Below are positions 59,919 through 64,000 of a stretch of 64,000 nt of DNA, piece by piece. The notes beneath the pieces are model-generated. The model ran no database searches. It was not told the DNA's origin and saw only the letters and a list, made by a program, of their open reading frames with translations. A program made the position numbers and the translations under genes. The DNA is taken from the IMG/VR virus record IMGVR_UViG_3300044633_003049, positions 124,001 to 188,000 of that record. One strand, 5' to 3'. Numbering within the stretch: position 1 is the first letter of the stretch; the number at the start of each line of letters is the position of its first letter.

Positions 59919-62750
59919 TTAGATATTGTCAAATGAAGCTCCTGTTGGAGTGATTACAAATTCCAAATCAATGAATTCTAAAGAACGAGTTGGTTTGATA
60001 TAAATCTTACCTCTTAATGTGTTAGCATCGATGTCCTCTGGATCATTAGATACACTCACACGGAAGTCATACAAACCTCTTTCTTTCTTAATTGATTCCA
60101 AGATAGGATTTACTAATCTTAAGAACTCTTGTCTTACTTGGTCGTCATTTTGTTCAAACAATAACCTTACAGCTACCGCAGAAATCAATTTTCTAGCTCT
60201 TAATAATAATCTTCTTACGTTGATTCTATCTAAAGCCGACTCTCTAACTTGTAACGTTTTATTACCCCATATAATGGTACCTGTATCAGAGAATGTTGCA
60301 ATTGGGTTGATTCTCGCCTTATATAACTCATCTCTTTCGTCAAGAGTAAGTTTCTTTTGTGCTTTGATTGCGTTTACCAAACCTCTACTGTAACCCGCAA
60401 CTGCGAACCAAGGATAAGATACGTTGTCAGTTAAGGCGATGTTCTTAACAACCTCACCTGTTGGTGGAATATATAATTGAGTTGCATTATCCGTGTCTCT
60501 TACTTGAATCCAAGGCCAATATGTGGCTGAATAGTTTGAGTCAACTGCGATACCGTCTAAATCGTCAATAACGTTAGATGCAATAGTTTCATTTGGTGCT
60601 CCAATTATATAAATTGAATCCGCTCTATCAGTTTCAATCATGTCAATTGCTTGAGTTGTTAATGAACTATGGTCGTAGAAGTTAATACCTGGAGTTGCAA
60701 ATACGTTAATATCTACGGCCTCAGGATTTGCATATGTTTGAATACCTTCTAAATAAGCATAATAATCAGAGTTTCCATTTGCAGTGTCAAACAATCCACC
60801 ATTTGTTGTAAGACCTGAAATATATGTTAATTTTCCAAATATATAACCGTCACCATATGTTCTTACTTGTCTGTAAATGTCCCAACCATCAAAACCACCA
60901 CATACGGCAAATGTAAATTTACGGAAGTTAATACTATCTAATTTACCTTTATCGGTACCTTCTAAATCATAAGGTGTTGTTTGGTACATTAATCCTGAAA
61001 CTGTATTTCCAGTTATTGTAGCTGCGTTTATAGATAAGTGAAATCCGTCTGTTGATCCTTTTTGAGTTGCTTCTGTTGAACATTTATATTTAAACAAATC
61101 GGAGTCAAAATTAAAATTACCATCAGAAGATAAACCTAAAGATGTTTTTCTAAATTTATCACCATTACTTGTTATGTCATCATAAATTGTTTCACCAGAA
61201 TCAAAAAATTCAGTTTTATAAAGAACACTACCTAATGTTGTTGAACCTGATAAAGTTGCATTTGTAAAACCTTTAAATCCTGCAGGAAATGCATTTGATG
61301 GTGCGTTAGAGTCCATAAGTAACATAATGTATTTAGAATTCAAAGTATACTCACCAGTTGATGTACCTATTTTTCTAGCAACATATCCTGCAACGTCTGG
61401 ATTCATTGAACATCTTGAGAATTTTTCCAAAACAACCATGTTTTCATCGGAATCATTAAAATCTCTAACTAATATATCAAATTCACCTGTTTCAATATTA
61501 ATATTTTGAATTGTGATTTTAATTTCCTGATTTGCGGCGTTTCCGTCAGAAATTGTAATAACATCAAATAAATCATCAACTTTACCACCACGAACTTCAG
61601 AAACCACAGTAGGTGACTTTGGTGTGTCCCAAGTATTTGAGAAGTTGTCACCTTCCGCATTATATACTTCAGTTAGGCTTAAACCTCTAATTAAACCTTG
61701 ATTATATAAGTTTTTTGTTAAGTTCGGATAAACTTCGTGAACATATAATGGAACATCGTTACCATCTTTATCATATGGACTTGTTCCTAAAACTTTAGTT
61801 ATGTATTTTGTTGACGTTGAATCTAAACTACACGTGAAAACCTTAGCACCTGTAGTTCCTGTAACATAAATATTAAATTCCGATAATGGGTCACTTGTTA
61901 ACGTTGCCCCACTAATAGTAAAAGATGTGTTTCCAGTAACTTGAAAATTTAAAGATTCTTGTGAATAATTTCCTCTTGATCTTAATGCCGCCATAACAAT
62001 TTCCTTATCATATACTGAAGTTGCGGTATATGTATATTTTGTTGTGGTAAAATTCATTGAACTAGCAGCATAAACAAATAAGTAACTATACACTTCGGTA
62101 CCGTTAGTATTGGTAAACACGTTATTCCAATTTTTTATAGTTGCGGTTCCAATAGGACTTGTTTTTTGATTTCCCGTTAAACCTGATGTTGCTGATGATG
62201 GAACATTTCCAATTGTAAACCAATCACCTGTAGATAAACCGCTACCGTAATTAGTGACTATATAATTTGTAACCGTTGTACCAGTTGAATTGGTTTTACC
62301 AGATAATGAACTATAAAAAGTACTATATGTTGGGTTTACAATGTCCTCAGCTGTTGGTGTTGTAATACCTGTAGTTGAACTTGGAGTTTGTGTTAAGTCA
62401 ACAGATATACCACCTATTGTTTTAATGCCGAATGTTTTTCCTGCTTTGTAACCTGTCTTACCTAATACTCTTGTTACAAATAATTGATTTGACTCTTGTA
62501 AATAAGATTTAGCGACATAACCTAATTCATATTTTGGATTGCCAGCACCATCTTTTTCAGGTGAGGTTGGTCCGAAGTATGTTTTAAATTCGTCAAAATT
62601 TGAAATTAATATTGGTTCAAAAGCGGGACCTTTTAAGGTTTCACCCACTAATCCCAATGTTGTAACACCTATACTTTGTGCTACGAATGTTAGATCTTTC
62701 TCTGATGTATAAACACCAGGAGACACGAAAACTCTGTTATTACTTGCCAT
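59919..62750 (-). CDS. Contractile tail sheath protein
   Basis: SPGVYTSEKD, GETLKGPAFEP, YWPW, PWFAVAGYSRG, INPI, WGNKTL, RINVRRLL, FEQND. Confidence 0.96.
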   Translation of the reverse strand: MASNNRVFVSPGVYTSEKDLTFVAQSIGVTTLGLVGETLKGPAFEPILISNFDEFKTYFGPTSPEKDGAGNPKYELGYVAKSYLQESNQLFVTRVLGKTGYKAGKTFGIKTIGGISVDLTQTPSSTTGITTPTAEDIVNPTYSTFYSSLSGKTNSTGTTVTNYIVTNYGSGLSTGDWFTIGNVPSSATSGLTGNQKTSPIGTATIKNWNNVFTNTNGTEVYSYLFVYAASSMNFTTTKYTYTATSVYDKEIVMAALRSRGNYSQESLNFQVTGNTSFTISGATLTSDPLSEFNIYVTGTTGAKVFTCSLDSTSTKYITKVLGTSPYDKDGNDVPLYVHEVYPNLTKNLYNQGLIRGLSLTEVYNAEGDNFSNTWDTPKSPTVVSEVRGGKVDDLFDVITISDGNAANQEIKITIQNINIETGEFDILVRDFNDSDENMVVLEKFSRCSMNPDVAGYVARKIGTSTGEYTLNSKYIMLLMDSNAPSNAFPAGFKGFTNATLSGSTTLGSVLYKTEFFDSGETIYDDITSNGDKFRKTSLGLSSDGNFNFDSDLFKYKCSTEATQKGSTDGFHLSINAATITGNTVSGLMYQTTPYDLEGTDKGKLDSINFRKFTFAVCGGFDGWDIYRQVRTYGDGYIFGKLTYISGLTTNGGLFDTANGNSDYYAYLEGIQTYANPEAVDINVFATPGINFYDHSSLTTQAIDMIETDRADSIYIIGAPNETIASNVIDDLDGIAVDSNYSATYWPWIQVRDTDNATQLYIPPTGEVVKNIALTDNVSYPWFAVAGYSRGLVNAIKAQKKLTLDERDELYKARINPIATFSDTGTIIWGNKTLQVRESALDRINVRRLLLRARKLISAVAVRLLFEQNDDQVRQEFLRLVNPILESIKKERGLYDFRVSVSNDPEDIDANTLRGKIYIKPTRSLEFIDLEFVITPTGASFDNI

Positions 62751-62789
62751 TGATTTTTGTTTGGTTAAATTGTTTTTATTACTTATCTA

Positions 62790-62863
62790 ATAAATATCTT
62801 TGTTTTTACCAAAGATTTCCTAACTTTTATTAAAAAGATAGTTATTTATCTTTAATTATCTTT
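62790..62863. promoter_or_regulatory. Divergent promoter region with ATCTTT/AAAGAT operator-like array
   Basis: TATTTAT on each strand (62796-62790 minus, 62843-62849 plus). Inverted repeats at 62796-62816 and 62834-62853, plus an extra copy at 62857-62863. Confidence 0.55.
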
Positions 62864-62866
62864 TAT

Positions 62867-63025
62867 ATGGAAAACAAACAAAAAAACGTTAAAATAGGTC
62901 AGAAACACCACGAAATGTTAAAAAATTTTTGTGATAAAAATGGATTAAAAATTTATAAAGTATTGGAAAAACACATTGAGGAACTTTGTAAACCTAAAAA
63001 GAAGGACATTTACGGAGATGATTAG
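62867..63025 (+). CDS. 52-aa ribbon-helix-helix DNA-binding protein (not in the ORF track; only credible plus-strand gene)
   Basis: MENKQKNVKIGQKHHEMLKNFCDKNGLKIYKVLEKHIEELCKPKKKDIYGDD: strand KNVKI, helix, Gly turn, helix. Confidence 0.7.
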   Translation: MENKQKNVKIGQKHHEMLKNFCDKNGLKIYKVLEKHIEELCKPKKKDIYGDD

Positions 63026-63525
63026 TATAGATAAGATATACTAATTTTTGACCCAACTTTAGGATTGGAGAGATATGTAATTTCATCGTCTCCCGTAATC
63101 TCAAACCCAACTGACTCTTCTTCAGCTAATCCATTGGTTTCAACTGTTATTAAACTATTGATGTAATTACTTAAGTTAAACACCGTTGATGTAGAGTAAA
63201 TAAACTCTTCTTTTTCATATTGTAATAATTTACCCTTATTATCTAATATTACACTATTAATTCCTTTATAAAATTGTACCGTTATTATTGAGTTATTTAA
63301 CGGAGGTTCAATAAAAGTAATCGTACTTGTAAAGTTTATAAACGTAAAACTTAAATCTCTTATTTGACCAATACCGTTCATTGAAACTGAAAATAAGGTT
63401 CCGATATTAGTTCCAACACTAAAATTAGTTTGTGTTCCGTCCGCAACAAAACTGACCGTTGTTATATTAATCGGCATGTTTTGACTCTGACTTGAAACGA
63501 CATTATCTTTTATAAATTCGTACAT
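63022..63525 (-). CDS. Beta-sandwich virion protein, paralogous to its upstream neighbour
   Basis: Two DGxQTxF...NG...P...I.I.Y-type modules. Confidence 0.65.
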   Translation of the reverse strand: MYEFIKDNVVSSQSQNMPINITTVSFVADGTQTNFSVGTNIGTLFSVSMNGIGQIRDLSFTFINFTSTITFIEPPLNNSIITVQFYKGINSVILDNKGKLLQYEKEEFIYSTSTVFNLSNYINSLITVETNGLAEEESVGFEITGDDEITYLSNPKVGSKISISYLY

Positions 63526-63535
63526 AGATTATAAT

Positions 63536-64000
63536 TTAAAATAAATATCCTACCGATATATTTGAATTTATTGATGGTCTATCCGATAAAATAATATACG
63601 AGTTATCATCTGAAACAATAAATCCGATACCTTGTTGTTCTGCCAATCCATTAATCTCAACTGTAACAACACTATTAATCATTTCATTTGTATCAAACAT
63701 TGGTCTATTATTGGTTGGTGGGTCAAAAAAAGATCCCGAACCTGTGAATTGAAACTCTTCTCTAACAAAACTAAAAATTGTACCTGATGTTCCTACTATT
63801 CTACTATTTTTACTTTTATAATAAACAATGGTGAGTTTACTTCCGGCGGTTGGGATATATGGAGAAACAAATTCTATTTTTGAAGTGTAAGTAATATGTA
63901 AATAATTTGTATTTTTTGTTTGTAATACATCATTTACATAAACACCGAATAATGTACCAATACTTTCACCAACATCAAAAACAGTTTGAATTCCGTCAAC
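63536..64000 (-). CDS. 5'-truncated virion protein (not in the ORF track)
   Basis: Open for 155 codons: VDGIQTVFDVGESIGTLFGVYVN...VTVEINGLAEQQGIGF...ISVGYLF*. Confidence 0.8.
   Translation of the reverse strand, partial: VDGIQTVFDVGESIGTLFGVYVNDVLQTKNTNYLHITYTSKIEFVSPYIPTAGSKLTIVYYKSKNSRIVGTSGTIFSFVREEFQFTGSGSFFDPPTNNRPMFDTNEMINSVVTVEINGLAEQQGIGFIVSDDNSYIILSDRPSINSNISVGYLF

Larger units (their letters stand above)
1674..63547 (-). promoter_or_regulatory. Dispersed TATTTAT putative late-promoter motif (14 minus-strand gene starts)
   Basis: Plus-strand ATAAATA at 1674, 11905, 15860, 16454, 17268, 27156, 34035, 36374, 45205, 56165, 58116, 59633, 62790 and 63541, each within about 5-40 nt of a start codon. 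Confidence 0.75.

Noticed and set aside
61826-61842. Second parS-like half site (CACGTGAAA) in the sheath gene
   Set aside because: Only one arm matches and it lies in coding sequence, so it is probably chance.
34082-62750. Extracellular contractile injection system or tailocin
   Set aside because: Tail genes are interleaved with a full phage replication set, no host housekeeping context is present, and no Afp15-like ATPase is seen.
1-64000. Stop-codon reassignment as in some large phages
   Set aside because: Standard-code ORFs tile the minus strand densely, and enzymes are full length.

Overview
This is a 64-kb, AT-rich segment of a large contractile-tailed (myovirus-type) dsDNA phage genome, not a cellular chromosome. 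Almost every gene is on the minus strand. Read in transcription order (right to left) it holds: (1) a tail module with sheath, tube, assembly chaperone(s), tape-measure-like protein and two giant baseplate-hub proteins; (2) a replication block with ssDNA-binding protein, RecA/UvsX, 5'-3' exonuclease, DnaB-like helicase and class II ribonucleotide reductase; (3) about 26 kb of baseplate and appendage genes, including gp25, gp6/J, a collagen-like fibre with an S74 chaperone and a 1989-aa mucin-stalk/SprB-repeat protein; (4) a second DNA-metabolism block with RuvC-like resolvase, primase, PD-(D/E)xK exonuclease, SbcD/SbcC and an inserted methyltransferase plus putative endonuclease; (5) ClpP and three membrane/secreted genes. 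No capsid, portal, terminase, tRNA, CRISPR or reverse transcriptase gene is visible. Indirect cues suggest a Bacteroidota host. The most striking unexplained signal is a 4-residue motif, [S/T]-G-x-T, that saturates unrelated surface-exposed virion proteins and is essentially absent from enzymes and internal tail proteins. It is a candidate virion-wide modification (glycosylation) sequon. Other leads are a TATTTAT late-promoter motif, a divergent RHH regulator with an operator array, a +1/-2 frameshift candidate in the tail chaperone, a 10.7-kb appendage cassette that may split one ancestral gene, a candidate small RNA before primase, and a parS-like/direct-repeat spacer. All family assignments come from motif recognition by eye; no database search was run.
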